Source: the human T2T-CHM13v2.0 reference genome, Homo sapiens. From it: 64,000 nt of DNA. The notes beneath the pieces are model-generated. The model was given only the letters and a program-made list of their open reading frames with translations, was not told where the DNA came from and made no database searches. The DNA is taken from the NCBI RefSeq assembly GCF_009914755.1, contig NC_060930.1. One strand, written 5' to 3'. Within the stretch, counting starts at the first letter, position 1. Each line of letters opens with the position of its first letter. The position numbers and the translations under genes are program-made. Shown piece by piece: positions 36,922 through 58,243 of this stretch.

Positions 36922-37429
36922 AAGACTTAGGGGCCACTTATAAATCAAGAAGACGTGATGATTTTTTTCTTTTAATCTCTTTTAATGAAGGCATGCTTGT
37001 TTTTTAATCTTAAAGGAGTAAAATTCTTTTTACCTGATAAGTGAGGACAGGGTGTGGAGAAAACATATTAATTACCTCATATCTAAAGTGAAAATTTTTG
37101 CAAATCCGTACTTGATAGGATTATGATATTACAGGAGCTGGTATGTGATGCCATTCTTTCTTTTTTTTTACCCCGCAACCACTCACCTTCACAGTAGTGA
37201 TACCATTTCTTAACCTGGAGGATACATGGCATCATTTTTATAAAATATGTTAGTAAACCTTTTTGTAAGCCTTAAATGTTATGTGTATTTTTAAAAGCTT
37301 AAGAGATTTCAAACCTTATATTCAGAATTGACACCCATGAGAGTGTTTTGTGGTATAGGGTGGTAAACTTGTTCTCTAATCGTATATTAATTCCTCTACC
37401 AGATTGTATATTTGAAGCCAGTGTCTTTC

Positions 37430-38302
<873 letters not shown>

Positions 38303-39029
38303 CTGACCATTTTTTAAAAAGGTTAGGCTTAGTGCAAAGTTTAAAATTATATGATTCTTAAAATACTGAATTAGTTTCTAAACTAAACTAGAGGTATAGG
38401 TGGACCTGCTTGAGGTATCTTTGTTTTTATGGAACATTTTTATTACATGCCTTTATAATTTTTCATTGTTCACACCCTGTACTGAAACCTTTTTCTCAAA
38501 TACCAACTCTTGGCTATGTTAAATTTGTAGACTTTAAAAGATGTTATCTAAATTAATGGTTTAAATATACAAATTGAAAATATTTTCTTTTTAGTGGCAA
38601 TTTTAAAAGCAGGCCTTAATATGGGACCTGCTTTTAAAGTAAAATATGTGGTACTATGAATTACTAAATTGCTATATACCATGTAATAGTGAGTATAGCT
38701 AATATTTAGTATGCCTTTTAAAAATTTTGGACTGCTTTTCGGTTTTAACAAATTCTCCACATGTGAACTACTCAAGAAATTTTCCCTTTTTAATTGCCTC
38801 TATAGCACTCATAAGAGCTAGGGCATTAGGATAAACTAGAATATTTTATGTTTATGAATACTTGTATAAACTTAAAAGTGTTTTGATTTCCCACAATTTC
38901 CCAAAGGAATGTTTATTTATTAAGAGTTGTGTTGATAATTTAACTGTTACAATTTCAGCAGTTGAATTCAGTGAACACTGGTTGAGGAGTGCCTATTTCT
39001 AAGCACTGGGTGTAAGAAGAAAAGACACT

Positions 39030-39583
39030 TGCAAAGGAAGAGCTAAGATTAACATAATTTCTTTGGTTTTTCTATTGCTTGTTATTATTATGTAAAAACT
39101 GGGTGGCAGTTCACAAGGAAGATTGTTGTAACAGAAGAGTGACAACCAATAGTTTTTTGATCATTAAATCAAATTTTGTAAACAGTGGCAGGAGCGTGGA
39201 CTTAAAACAAGGCTTGCTTATTTGGTTTTGTCAAAGTTTTACGAAAATATATGATATATATTTATACTAAAACTATATAATCCTTAGATTTAGGAAAGCA
39301 ATCAGTTAATGTCTTTAGCACACTAAAGCAGTATTAAACACAGGTACAAGTTGGAAATTGTAGAAAACTGAAAGAAAACAAGACAAAATGTCTATGGTAG
39401 GGAATAAAAGAGTTTAAGATATTATGTAAAATTATGTGTATTTTCTTCTCTTTTACATAAATTGTTTGTGAAAAGTGTGCTCAACTTTTTTACAAGAGTG
39501 ATATTAACTTGGATTTATTTTTCAATATAATTTGGAGACCCTTTGTTATCCAAATAAAATTGATGAGTTTCTGTGCCTGTAAA

Positions 39584-39608
<25 letters not shown>
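39030..39608 (+). pseudogene. 5'-truncated retrocopy (processed mRNA 3' end or orphan L1 transduction) in the PM20D2 3'UTR
   Basis: 13-bp TSD AAGAAAAGACACT at 39017-39029 and 39609-39621; AATAAA at 39553, poly(A) from 39581; body is not Alu or L1. Confidence 0.8.
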
Positions 39609-39617
<9 letters not shown>

Positions 39618-40207
39618 CACTGTTGCATGCCCCAGAAAGCTTGTGGTGGGTGGTAAGTTCTCACGAGATTTATTTATCTGAGCAACATTGGGACTGAGGG
39701 AACATCTGAAAGCTACCATCTTGAAAATTTTTGAGGAAGTGTTTCTGAAATATTTAAAAATACTTAAGTCAGTCATTTTGAACAAAAGAAATTGATACAA
39801 TAAGTTTTTTTTTTTAAGGATGATTGTCTAATTTTGTAATATGTTGTTTTTTAAAAACCTGTCTGATGGTGTTTTATACATTTCTAACTTTTTACCTGAG
39901 TTATCTCTTTAGTCTTTTGGAAAATACCCTACACAATACTAACCTTTAAAACTATCAAATTTTTGTTATAAGATAAATGTTATCTTTGTACTAGATAGCA
40001 ACCCTTTATAAGGTTGTAAGGTATAATAAACTGCTTATTTTTTTACATACTTCATATCAAGCATTTTGCAGTCCAATTATATAGTTGAGGATGGTGTATT
40101 TTGATATGTATGAAGTTAATATTTTCAAGTAAGCAATCAGTCTACTACCATCAGATTATAAGCTTTTTTGTAATAATAGGTACATAAAATGTGTATGAAA
40201 AATCTAC

Positions 40208-40213
40208 AATAAA
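40208..40213 (+). terminator. Candidate distal polyadenylation signal of PM20D2
   Basis: AATAAA followed ~25 nt later by a GT/T-rich stretch (ttgtcttgctttttt). Confidence 0.55.
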
Positions 40214-40649
40214 CATGTTTATCTGATAGCAATTGTCTTGCTTTTTTAATGACCTGAAGATATATGTACGAAGATGAAGCACAATCATCCAAATCCATTG
40301 TGATATACTATACTTTTTCTTACGCATCAGTATCATAGATGTTGACTTGCTTTTCCACTATGTGTCAAATATTTTAAAAGAACAATTAAGTTCTTTTGTT
40401 TAAAAATGAATGTTTCACTAGTCTCAGAAGCTAAAAAATTGCAGTGCAAATTGTACATGGCAGGAGGTAAATACATATAGTATTGAGTTTCCTTTTTTAA
40501 AAAAAGTTTACACATTTAATACAGAGTAATTCCATATAATAACATAAATGCAATGGAACAGGTTTTTGGATCCTGGCTAAAGTATAAGTGCCTCATATGA
40601 GAAAAGTCACAAATGTCCATGTTTCTTTGTTTAAACTGGTTTTTAATTT

Positions 40650-40912
40650 TTATTCTTATTTTTGGAGACAGGTTCTCACTGTCACCCCGGCTGGAGTACA
40701 GTCAGTGTTGTGATCATGGCTCACTGAAGCCTCATCTTCTAGGCTCAAGCAATCCTGCCTCAGCCTCCTGAGTACCTGGGACTATAGGCATGTGCCCGGC
40801 TAATTTTTAAACTCTTTATAGAGATGGGGTCTCAAACTCCTGAGCTCAAGCGATCCTCCTGCCTTGGCCTCCCAAAAGACTAGGATTAGGGCATAAGCCA
40901 CTGTGCCCAGCC
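40650..40912 (-). mobile_element. AluJ
   Basis: Diverged Alu. Confidence 0.85.
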
Positions 40913-40967
40913 TTAGACTGGCTTTCAAAATAGAGCCCAAATCTGTTCTTTTTAAAAGAGATTAATA

Positions 40968-41284
<317 letters not shown>

Positions 41285-41767
41285 TTAGCTTTTGTTAGTT
41301 CAATAGATCAAAGCACCTAACCACCTTAAAAGAGAAACCTCAGAAATACAAAACAGAGAAGATTATCAGGTCAGGGTCTTAAGTGGACAATAATCAACTT
41401 GTTGAGGTCAGAGAGAGTAGACATTGCCTCCCTGGATGAACAATCGCATTTGGGAGTTTGAATTTTTTTTCTATTTGTTGTGTTGTTGGTCACTGACAAC
41501 ATATTTAGCTCAAGAGAATGGGAAAGAGTTAAAAACTTGCATCTTTTCCATTTGCGTTTATTTAAGATGAACCAAAGCTTCTAAATTGACTCACTGTTAT
41601 TGCCTGAAATGATAAGGATTCAGGATTAACAGTAGCCTCATGGCATGTCATCTGGTCTGGCACTTTCTTTGAAGAAAGATTATGTGTTAGAGTACAGAAA
41701 CTTAAAGAGTTTGATTAGAAGCTGAATAAAAATCCTTGAGTATGAATAGTTAAGAGTTTGCTCATTG

Positions 41768-43085
<1,318 letters not shown>

Positions 43086-43249
43086 CGTCTGCACTTTCTA
43101 AATTCTCCTGGCCTAAAGTTCCACTGATGATGATGAGCCCTGGAATTTTGAGGTCAATAATCCTGTAGCTGAATGTCAGAGAAGTCTAATTTTTTTAACA
43201 GAATAATTTTAATAATATAATTACATCATTTAAATCAAGTAGCTGATAA

Positions 43250-43997
43250 TGTAATCGCCCAATGGGTTCTCCTTGCCCACTGCCCAGATAGAGCTGATTT
43301 ATCAAGATGGGAGTTGCAATAGAAAAGAGTTTAATTTACACAGAGCTAGGCTAAACGGGTGAACAGAGATTTAATACTCAAATTAGTCTCCCTGAAAATC
43401 TGAAAACTGGGGTTTTTTAAGGCTAATTTGGCAGGTTGGGGGTCAGGGTGGTGAGTGCTGATTGGTCAGGTCGGAGATGCAATCATAGTGGGGCCCGAGT
43501 GGGTTCTTGCTGAATTCTGTTCCTGTGTGGGATCACAGAGCTGGTTGAGCCAGATGGAAAATGGGTCTGGGTGGCTCCGGCTGGTGCAAAATGGGTCTGG
43601 GTGGCTCCGGCTGGTGCATCAGAATGGGGCTCTGAAGAATACCTCAAGCCCTGATCTTAGGTTTTGCTATAGTGATGTTATCCCTAGGAACAATTAGGGA
43701 GGTTCAGGATCTTGTGGCCTCTGGTTACAATGACTCCTAAATGATAATTTCTAATCTTGTAGCTAATTTGTTAGTCTTAACAAAGGCAGCCTGGTCCTCA
43801 GGCAAGAAGGGGGTTTGGGAAAGGGTTGTTATCTTTGTTTCAAAGTTAAACTATAAGTTTCTCCCAAAGTTAGTCTGGCTTACACCCGGGAATGAACAAG
43901 GGCAGTTTGGCGGTTCGAAGCAAGATGGCGTCAGTTAGGTCAGATCTCTCTCACTGTCGTAATTTTCTCACTTATAATTCTTGCAAACATGGTTTCA
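43250..43997 (-). mobile_element. LTR8/LTR8A-type ERV1 solo LTR
   Basis: Reverse complement begins tgaaaccatgtttgcaagaattat...gagatctgacctaactgacgccatcttg; ATAA TSD. Confidence 0.85.
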
Positions 43998-44019
43998 ATA
44001 ATACAATCCAGGGAAGTGG

Positions 44020-44370
44020 GACTTTGTTTTTTAGATTCAGGGGGTACATATGCTTGTTTACATGGGTGTTACGTGTAACATACATACGTGTATACATGCA
44101 ATACATACTACCTACAATGTCCAATGGACATTGTATCCAATAGGTAATTTTTCAACTCTCACCCCCCTCCCTCCCCACCCCCTTTTGGAGTTCCCAGAGT
44201 CTATTGTCTCATCTTTATGTCCATGTGTACCTTTTGTTTTGCTCCTACTTATAAGTGAGAACATGAGATACTTATTTTCTGTTTATGTGTTCTGTTTCTG
44301 TGAGGATAATGGCCTCCAGCTCCATCCATGTTGCTGCAAAGGACATGATTTCATTCTTTTTTATGGCTGT
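44020..44370 (-). mobile_element. L1 3' end fragment
   Basis: ctcctacttataagtgagaacatgaga...tccatccatgttgctgcaaaggacatgatttcattc. Confidence 0.8.
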
Positions 44371-45039
44371 GAGAAGTCCAATCTTATGAATAAAGCAATA
44401 GTCCAGCAAGAAGTAAAGTACTATATTGCTTAGAAAGGGCAGCTGTCTGAAATCTTTCCAGTGAGCCCCAGTTGCACTTCATTTTATTTCCTGCCTGTGA
44501 GATTCCCCTGTATTCTATTTCTTTTTTAAGTTAGTTTGAGTGGGTTACTGTTCATACAATCAAATATCACTAAGGTATAGTTTAATACCCTTTCCTGATT
44601 TTTTTAAGTCTTAAAAAGCTAGGGACCTAGAGTTGTACTACCATAATATAATAAAGAAAATTGATCTCAGATCAACCTCATTCTATATGCTCATTGTTAA
44701 TGTAAGGAAATAGTCTGTGATAGGAATATAAGGAGTATTCATCACAATATTATTATTTCTTTCAATACTAGGGGAAAGATTGAATTGTATATCCATAGTA
44801 TGGAGTTATTATAATGGCTACAAAATGTGGAGAGTTTTTAGTAGAAAAATGATAATGCTGTGTTTTGGAAAAGAAAAAATTAATCTTTGCCTTCTAAAAC
44901 TTGGTGAACTTTACAGGTTACTCCCCTGCCAAAAAAAAACAAAAAAAAATCAACACTTAAATCCTAGGTAACTCGGATTCATACTCCACCAGAATTTAAA
45001 AAAAAAATTAACTGAGCTTTGTGGTAGAGGAATATTTTA

Positions 45040-48290
<3,251 letters not shown>

Positions 48291-48469
48291 TAAAATTACA
48301 CTGTTTTAAACAGAGTATTGAAGCTTGCAAATCAAGAAAAATGAAAAAGCTAAACACTTCCCTATTTTCCACTCCCCGTTATAGATATAAGGTATAGTTG
48401 TGTGGTTGAACACTTCATATAAGTTAACCTCACTTAGGCATGGCTTTGATTCTCAAAGAGATTCGGTTA

Positions 48470-49096
48470 CCTTCATTCAGTTCTCATGGCCAAGGCCTGC
48501 CTGCCAGCCAAGTAGCCTACAAATGCATGTGTTTCATCACAATAGGTACCGACTGTGTACAGAGCTATAAATGCTACTTGAAGAAACCCACTAAACTCAC
48601 CAATAAGGATCTGTTCATTGTTTTTGGTGTAAACTAGAGGGCATTCATAAAACACTCTGGTCTCAAGAAACGTAAGGATATTTCCTTCTACACAAATAGT
48701 AATACTTGAAATAATTGAAAGGAAATAGATTGAAATTAAATTTAGAATATGGAATTGAAAACACATTCACTTATTTTAAAAGTTGTGATAATACTGAAGT
48801 GAGTGAAATGGTTTTACTTTAACATTGTTGACGTGTGCATTGGAGAATGTACTTTCTTATTTACTGCAGGTACTGAAATTTCCCATACATAGCAAGCCCT
48901 GAAATTCAGTTGTAGCAATTTTCTTGATAACATCAAAATGAAATTGTTCTTTCTATACGTGGATTATTGTGATTGTGATTTTAGCAACACATGGTGGTGG
49001 GCTCCATGGTTCTGAAGGAGGGGATGCAGGCACAGGACTGGGTTATATCAGGGACTCTCCACGTTCAAAAAACTCATCATACAAAAAGCTGATGGA
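48470..49096 (-). pseudogene. Sacsin-like remnant: SRR1 Hsp90-like region
   Basis: After an AG: SISFLYDEFFERGESLI ~ EVKFLYDETQYGTETLW; same frame IKKIATTEFQGLLCMGNF ~ IQEIARSRKKDDPLKVGRF; DETHAFVGYL ~ DQFAPFVGIF. Confidence 0.75.
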
Positions 49097-49373
49097 CTGA
49101 CATTTTAAAAAATAAAACAAGCTGAACCTTCACCACAGAGAGTTTAAGAAGCACTGGTCTAAAATGTTTCCTACAAAGTAATAGGTGCTCAGTATTACTT
49201 GACGAATATATGAATAAATAAATGAGTTAACGAATTAATTAAAATATACCAATGATCAGTTAAAATATTTCCTTATAGCAGTGTTTATGTATTGTGTATG
49301 ACAGTTTGGTTGTCCAGTATTTATTATCTGTAATAAGGTGAATGAACATTGAGTAAAGAATCTTTCACTTAAG

Positions 49374-49987
<614 letters not shown>

Positions 49988-50149
49988 TTATTAACCATGT
50001 TATCTGCATGTTATTCCATCAGCCTCTCTCAGCCTTTAGAATTTCCTCATTCAGGTTCAAATGAAACAGAATGTGAAAGTATTTTTTGTAAAACTGGATT
50101 TACAAATGTGAGGTTTCACTGTCACTAAAATATAAGCCGTTTTTATTCT

Positions 50150-50700
50150 AAGGTCTAGCATCACCACCCTTCCCTATAAAGTACGAATTATGAAAGCAAC
50201 TAAAGAATATTGAAACTCCAGTTCTCTACTGCCTATAACCCTTCTGCACATCTGGATGATGCCTACATTCTATCACAGTGATAAAAATCCTTCAGAATCC
50301 TACAGCGCCTTCTGAACTACCAGGCAGAGAATACATTATGTTTGATATAGTTTTAGTCAAATACATTTTAACTCTTTAAAAATTAATTATTCAAGCCAGG
50401 CACAGTGGCTGAGGCAGAGAAAGATTGCTTGAGGTCAGGAGTTTGCTTGAGACCAGACTGGGCAACATAGTGAGATCTTGTCTCTATAAAAAATTTTTAA
50501 AATTAAAAAAAATATTCAGTATGGCCACATGGTATTTGCCCATTAACCAGACAATATTATTAACCACATCTTCCTACTCATGCCAGTAAAACGTATTAAG
50601 TACTATAGATGCTCAGATATATTATGTGGTTTTCTCCAAAATTATCCTTCAAAAAATAGGGAGTTGCTTTATATTTGGGTCCTTACGAAGTCATACTACA
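50150..50700 (-). pseudogene. Sacsin-like remnant: start of SRR1
   Basis: TPYFLKD (50664-50644) ~ TPPLVDFLKD; SEG/RILKDF/IIQ...GSRE (50320-50210) ~ [21 protein letters not shown]. Confidence 0.5.
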
Positions 50701-51020
50701 GAGCTCTCTGTCAATTACATAACTTTGACAGAAAAGTAATGCCTTAAGAAAACACATTAGCATGGAAATTATTCAATTAATGCTAGTTTTAGATACTCAT
50801 AGTGGTCACCGGGAATTGCCAGAAAAGATAGCAAAGACATTTAATATGAATTTAATCACTGATTCCTCACAATCACTGTGTGACTATCAAAGTAAATAAG
50901 TCTTTTAAATATCACTTTAAAAAACAATGCTGCATGTGTTGTGTTGCAAAAATCAAGAATAAACATCTAAAAGATGCATTAGATATACTATTAAGCAAAT
51001 TGATAATTTCTATTGGCATC

Positions 51021-51400
51021 TGTTATTGAATGAATTGTGTCTCCCTATGGGCCCCAAATTCATATATTGAAGCCCTAACTCCCAACATAGCTGTATTTGA
51101 AGATAGGCCTTTACAAAGGTAATTAAGGTTAAATCAGGTCATTGGCATGGGCCCTATTCCAATATGACCAGTGTCTTTATAAGAAGAAATTAGGACACAC
51201 ACATTACAGAGGAAAGACCATGTGAAGACACAGTGGGAAGATGGCCATCTACAAGCCAGGGAGAGAAGCTTCCAGGGAAACCAAGCCTGCCAACACCTTG
51301 GTCTTGGACTTCGGCCTCCAAAACTGTAAGAAAATAAATTTCTGTTGTTTAAGCCACCCAGTCTGTGGTACTTCGCTATCGCAACTTTAGCACACTAATA
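51021..51400 (+). mobile_element. MLT1B-like MaLR LTR
   Basis: gaattgtgtctccc...gaagatggccatctacaagccag...aataaatttctgttgtttaagccacccagtctgtggtac. Confidence 0.85.
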
Positions 51401-51636
51401 GAGTATCCCATAGGTTGCTTCAAATGGTGGAGTATCCTGTACAAATAGATGGAAGTTCAGATGGTGTGCCCTGGATACATTCCAGCTCACTCACAGTGGC
51501 CCTAGTGATCATGAGGAAGAAGACAGCAGCAAAGATGTTTGTAAAGAGTTTGATTGCAATTGTTCTATAAAATAATCATGGAAAAAACCAGCGTTTTTAA
51601 AATAACATTTTTAAACATCAAAAGTTAACATTTAGG

Positions 51637-51935
<299 letters not shown>

Positions 51936-52169
51936 AATACAAAATTTAAATAGTTAACATTTAACTATTTCATCTAAATCCCTTTAAGTTTATTCAAGCT
52001 TGCCAAAAAACTTTCTTTCGGTGAGTTTTCATTGGAGATAATGGGAGATTACATTGTAATTAGGGTTTATGCAAATAGGTTTTTTCAGATTAAAATATAG
52101 TCCTGCATATGTAGAAATATCATAATATTTAGTATTGGTGATGAGTCAAATTAACTTTGAAATGAAAAT

Positions 52170-53442
52170 GACATTATTGTGTATATAATTCACTTTATTA
52201 AAGTGAGTTTCAAATAAAACAAATGCTGTTTGGGTAAGTTTGGTGGAGGTTGATCTATATAGCAGATATATAATATAAATAACTGTTTTTAAGTGATACA
52301 CCAGATTAGAACCCTCTCCTTTACCCCATGCCCTGACATCAGTTGCCATTGGGCCATCCGTCTGCCTGGTATCTGGGCTGTGTGGTCTAGGTGATGGCAG
52401 TTTTCTGGTCCATAGAAAATGCTGGTATTTCGAGTATAAATGCAGATGTCCAGTGATATCTTCCCATTTATTTTGCTTTCCGATGTTCTTTTTCTCTTAA
52501 GAAACCATGTGAGTATTTCTCATTCTAATGAGTTACAAGTAGTCCCAAATTATGTATTTCCTTGAAGTGTTTATGCAGAAGAAATCATTCTCTACCCAAG
52601 TTCCTCAGTGAAGATATCACATCACTGAGAAAGCACTTCTCTTTGAACAAGGACATGCTCCAAGAAGAAGAAACATGAAGTGGTGATTATATAAAATAGG
52701 GAACATTTAAACACAAATTTTCTAGCCTAGTTACCTCTATGACACAACAGACAAAATGCATGTGTGTACTCTTATCTTCAAAGTTTCCCTACCAGGGAAA
52801 ATTTCACCAAAATCAGAAGCAATTGCGCCAATCTAAAGAGCTTTTCTTGTGAAGGGGTAAAGCCTGTGAACCACAGCATATAAAGAAAAATAATGTGAAT
52901 GTTATCATTGCCTTTTATTAAAATAAACATGCGGAGGTGGAGTCGCATACAAAATAGGTAATAGGTTATAAACTGAAGCATGAGTTTCTGTCAAAGTGAG
53001 GATTTAGGTGCATGTGAATTTCATGCAAATGGCCTGTAGGTGCTTCCAAGTTCACGTAGCCTGAACAATGTAATGACACTTGAGGAAAATAAATTATTCA
53101 TGTGAATAGCATCAAGGGTCTAACGGGTGGAACTAAATGTGCCCACAACACTGGTAGTGTGCTTTTCCAGGGGATCTGGGTAACAACTAACATCAGTCGC
53201 TACAGTGTCGTATTTCCTGCAGCACCTAATATAATGCTGTGTATTCAATAGATGGTTAATAAGTGCAAATTAAACCAGTAAGTGTCTCGTCAATGTAGCT
53301 TTGGAAAGCTGCAGAAGGGATAGTGAAAACATGGGTGGGTCCTGGGATTTTTTTTTAACCATATCCTTAAATACTTTTTCATTATACAGTTATTTCTGTA
53401 GTGCATGCCATGGAAATGTGAAATTTGTAGAATTACAAGCAT
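52170..53442 (-). other. GABRR1: GABRR1 3'UTR with candidate AATAAA at 52199-52194
   Basis: Downstream of the TAG; tttatt at 52194-52199 on + strand. Confidence 0.65.
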
Positions 53443-53736
53443 CTAGGAGAAAATAGACCAGTATATTAAATTGAATAAAATGTATGCTGCTGGAAAGATG
53501 ATCCTGGAGTATTTATCAATGGCGTGGGTGTCGATTCTCATGCTCACATAGCTGCTTCTCTGACTTTTCCTCTGTGGGGAGCTCCTCTCTGAGGCCAGGG
53601 TCAGCTGCACCATCATCCTGTCGGGCTTCTCTCCATTCTCTGGCATGTAGTTGTCCAGGTCATTCACCTCCCCATCACTGTAGTTGCCGTCCAGCATTGC
53701 AGTGCGGGGCGGAGGTAATCCGCTGGTGCAGGGAAG
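53443..53736 (-). CDS. GABRR1: GABRR1 last coding exon (M3-M4 loop and TM4)
   Basis: LPCTSGLPPPRTAMLDGNYSDGEV...IDTHAIDKYSRIIFPAAYILFNLIYWSIFS*; acceptor ttgcag at 53737-53738. Confidence 0.96.
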   Translation of the reverse strand, partial: LPCTSGLPPPRTAMLDGNYSDGEVNDLDNYMPENGEKPDRMMVQLTLASERSSPQRKSQRSSYVSMRIDTHAIDKYSRIIFPAAYILFNLIYWSIFS

Positions 53737-53860
53737 CTGCAAACAGTAAACACATGTTGGGGTGTGAGCTCAGCATCATCTCTCAGAAGCCCTTCAAAAG
53801 GAACTGCATAGTGGAGGGTGTTGCCTGGTTTCTGGTATTCCCAGTTTGGGAAGAGGGTAG

Positions 53861-54208
<348 letters not shown>

Positions 54209-54963
54209 TGATCTAAAATCTACATACTGACTCTTAGAAAATATCACAGTGCCATACCAAAGACCAACAAGAATGCTCATGATTCATAGATCACCCTGTT
54301 CTCCATGAGATCATAAGCTGTTATGAGCCCTTGATAAAAATGTTTACAGATCACATAATTACAAGTGTGTGCATGAACGTGTGCATTTGTCATGGGGATG
54401 GGGATTGGTATTGTGGGGATAGATTACTGTAACATGGTTAGAGTTTGCTGGGGGAGATAACCATTGAGCTGCACACTGGAGGAGGAAAGGAGAGTCAGGT
54501 GGGAGGAAAGATAACCTGGGAAAAGGTGGAGCATGCATGAGGTTACATATGAAGGAAGATTTCCTAGAATGAGAAATGTTCTTCCCTGGACAGTTCTTTT
54601 ATTACACCCTTATGTTCATAAATAATTTGTCCCACTATGTTAAATTGTCATTTATTTTTCTCCTGGGATTCCCTCACTAAACTATGAACATCACCAAGAT
54701 GTTCCCTAACACTTAACTAAGACCTGGTCCAAGTATGTGGTAGGTGCAAAAAGTTTTTCAATGAATGAAAGATGTCACCCAAAGTAAATTTCACAATGAC
54801 TTGAAATACACCAATTTGTTTGCTCTTCACAACAACCCTGTGAAGTAGGCACAGGAGAGGGTATCATGACCTTGCTTTACAGAGAAGGTCTGCCCTGCCT
54901 GAGGTTCCAGAGCTAGATCAGGTTCCATCCTGACCAGACACTATAAGCGCATGGCAAAGTCAC

Positions 54964-55160
54964 CTTCTCCCGCAGCTTCTGTTCCTTCCTCTCCTGCACA
55001 GTGGTCAGGTAGTTGACGGCCGCATACTCCAGCACCGAGAGGAACACGAACACAAAGCTGACCCAGAGGTAGATGTCCACGGCCTTGATGTAGGAGACGC
55101 GCGGCATGGAGGCATTCACGCCCGTGATGATGGTGGACATGGTCAGCACCGTTGTGATAC
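54964..55160 (-). CDS. GABRR1: GABRR1 exon (TM2-TM3)
   Basis: [51 protein letters not shown]...LREK|gtgac; 197 nt. Confidence 0.97.
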
Positions 55161-56576
55161 CTGCAAACACAAGAATGAGAAACAAGTGTTTGCTTGTCTT
55201 TCACCAAACACAGGATGGTTTCATGTCTCTGCTCATTTGTCCCTGCTGCTCCCTCAATCTAGAATGTCTCCATCCCTGCTCCACTGCCCAGCAAACACCT
55301 ACACATCTTTCAAGATTTAGCTTTTCATGAAGCTTTTCCTGTTCCTCTCCCCCTGCTTCCCTACCCTTTCACCCCTCTGCATACCCTGTGTATTCATCGT
55401 AGCATCTGTGTCACTATTCTTCTGCAAAGAACCCTAGACATTTTGGCATTAAAACATTTATTTCAATTGATTTTTACAAAATAAGAGGTTGCATATATGA
55501 GCAGGTATATATGTTTCTTATAACTACTGCTCCATCAAGGGGAAAAAGCCCATGGGGTTTATTTTAATATCATGTCCTGGCTCTTGGTGTGCAGTCCTGT
55601 TGTCCTGGGCCTGCGTCGACAGCTGTCAGGGCACCCCCAGCAGCCACCACCATGCTGGACCTAGCTGCCCATTCAGCATTGTCCACTTGAGGACTTGAGG
55701 GTCAATTTCACTAAGGATGACAATGTTAACTTCATTTATAGGAAACAGATTTTAAAACTAGAGTGTGTAGCTATTTAGCACAGTAACTGTTCAAGCTATG
55801 GAACAACTGTTAGAGGACAAGGCATCTGTCCATGGAAATTTGCCCAGGATTTCAAATTAAGCTCAGAACATTTGTTTGGCAAACATCAAATCACAGGGGA
55901 TTGGGGTCATCTTAAGGGCCAGCTCCAATCCAGTTTCACTAAAACCTGGTGGGTCGCATTCTCCCCTGCAGCCCCTGAACTGTCTGAGCAATGGTGGTGT
56001 GTATAAATGGGTATAATATTTAAGGTGAGAAAAAGAGCTGACAGCAAATAGCCATAAGCGGAATGCTTATAGAAAAGGGATTCTCAGACTTGAGTACACA
56101 GAATAATTACTGGGAGAACTTGTTAAAAATGCAGGTTCCTGGTCCTCCCTCAGAGATTCTCATTCTATAGATGCAGATGAGACCCAGGACCCTTCATTTT
56201 TAACAATTTCCCACAAAGATTCTATCACAAAGACCCCTTGAGCTACCATTTGAGAAACACTGTTGTAGGATATGATTCATTTTGCAGGTGAGCAAAGAAG
56301 GCACCTAAAGACCAGGCTCGCCCACCCTGGAACACGGCTTCGACAAGACTAAAGGTGGGCTGTTTGGATGGGCACCTGCAGAGTCCTGGAAAGCATTTTG
56401 CTACATAGATTCCTAATTACAGGATTTTAACTATAAATAAATAACTCTTGAGTTTTTCCAAGTCATAACGCCAAAAGGGATACAGAATCAATTTGAAAAG
56501 AATGGTTTTATCTGGAAGGAATTGTTAATACCTACATTTGCAGATGCTTGGAATATGCACTTGAGGTATTCCTTAC

Positions 56577-57630
<1,054 letters not shown>

Positions 57631-58243
57631 TTAAACAATCTCTTTAGATTTCTTTATGGGGAGAAATGTGCTTTAAGTTAAAAAAGAAAGTTAAACACAA
57701 CATTGTATTTAGGAACACAGTGAACAATCACAGGTCCAGCTACATTTTAGCTCTTCTTTTGTGTCCTTACAAGGAAAACATATGCATGGAGGAGTTGAAG
57801 AGAAAGGGAGGATGATGGAAAAAAAAAAAGACAAAAAAAAAAAGGAAAAGGCCTTATATGCGTGAGATGCCTAGGACTAAAAATAAAATGGATGGGGACT
57901 TGGCAATATGAACTTGGAAACTTGGCACCCTGGGTCATTATAATGCATGGGACATGCCTCTGGTTACCAGCAAGCTACTGCAGAGGGACTGTCAGAATGC
58001 TGAGGGTCAAAAGAACAGGGTTCCTCCAAGGAACCAATACTTTGGGGTGATGGATACAGGAGATAATATGTGCTGGGTTGTAGTGCTATGTTGGTGCTCC
58101 CTCTTACAGATTAGGAAGACCATGGGGTACTTAAAAAGAATGTGCTTCCCTGTGCAGTCAATTGCGCAAGTTTTACATAGAAACTGCATGAAGATTTGAG
58201 CGAAATCATCCTGAAAGGTGACTGGTCAAAAAAGAGGCAAGAA

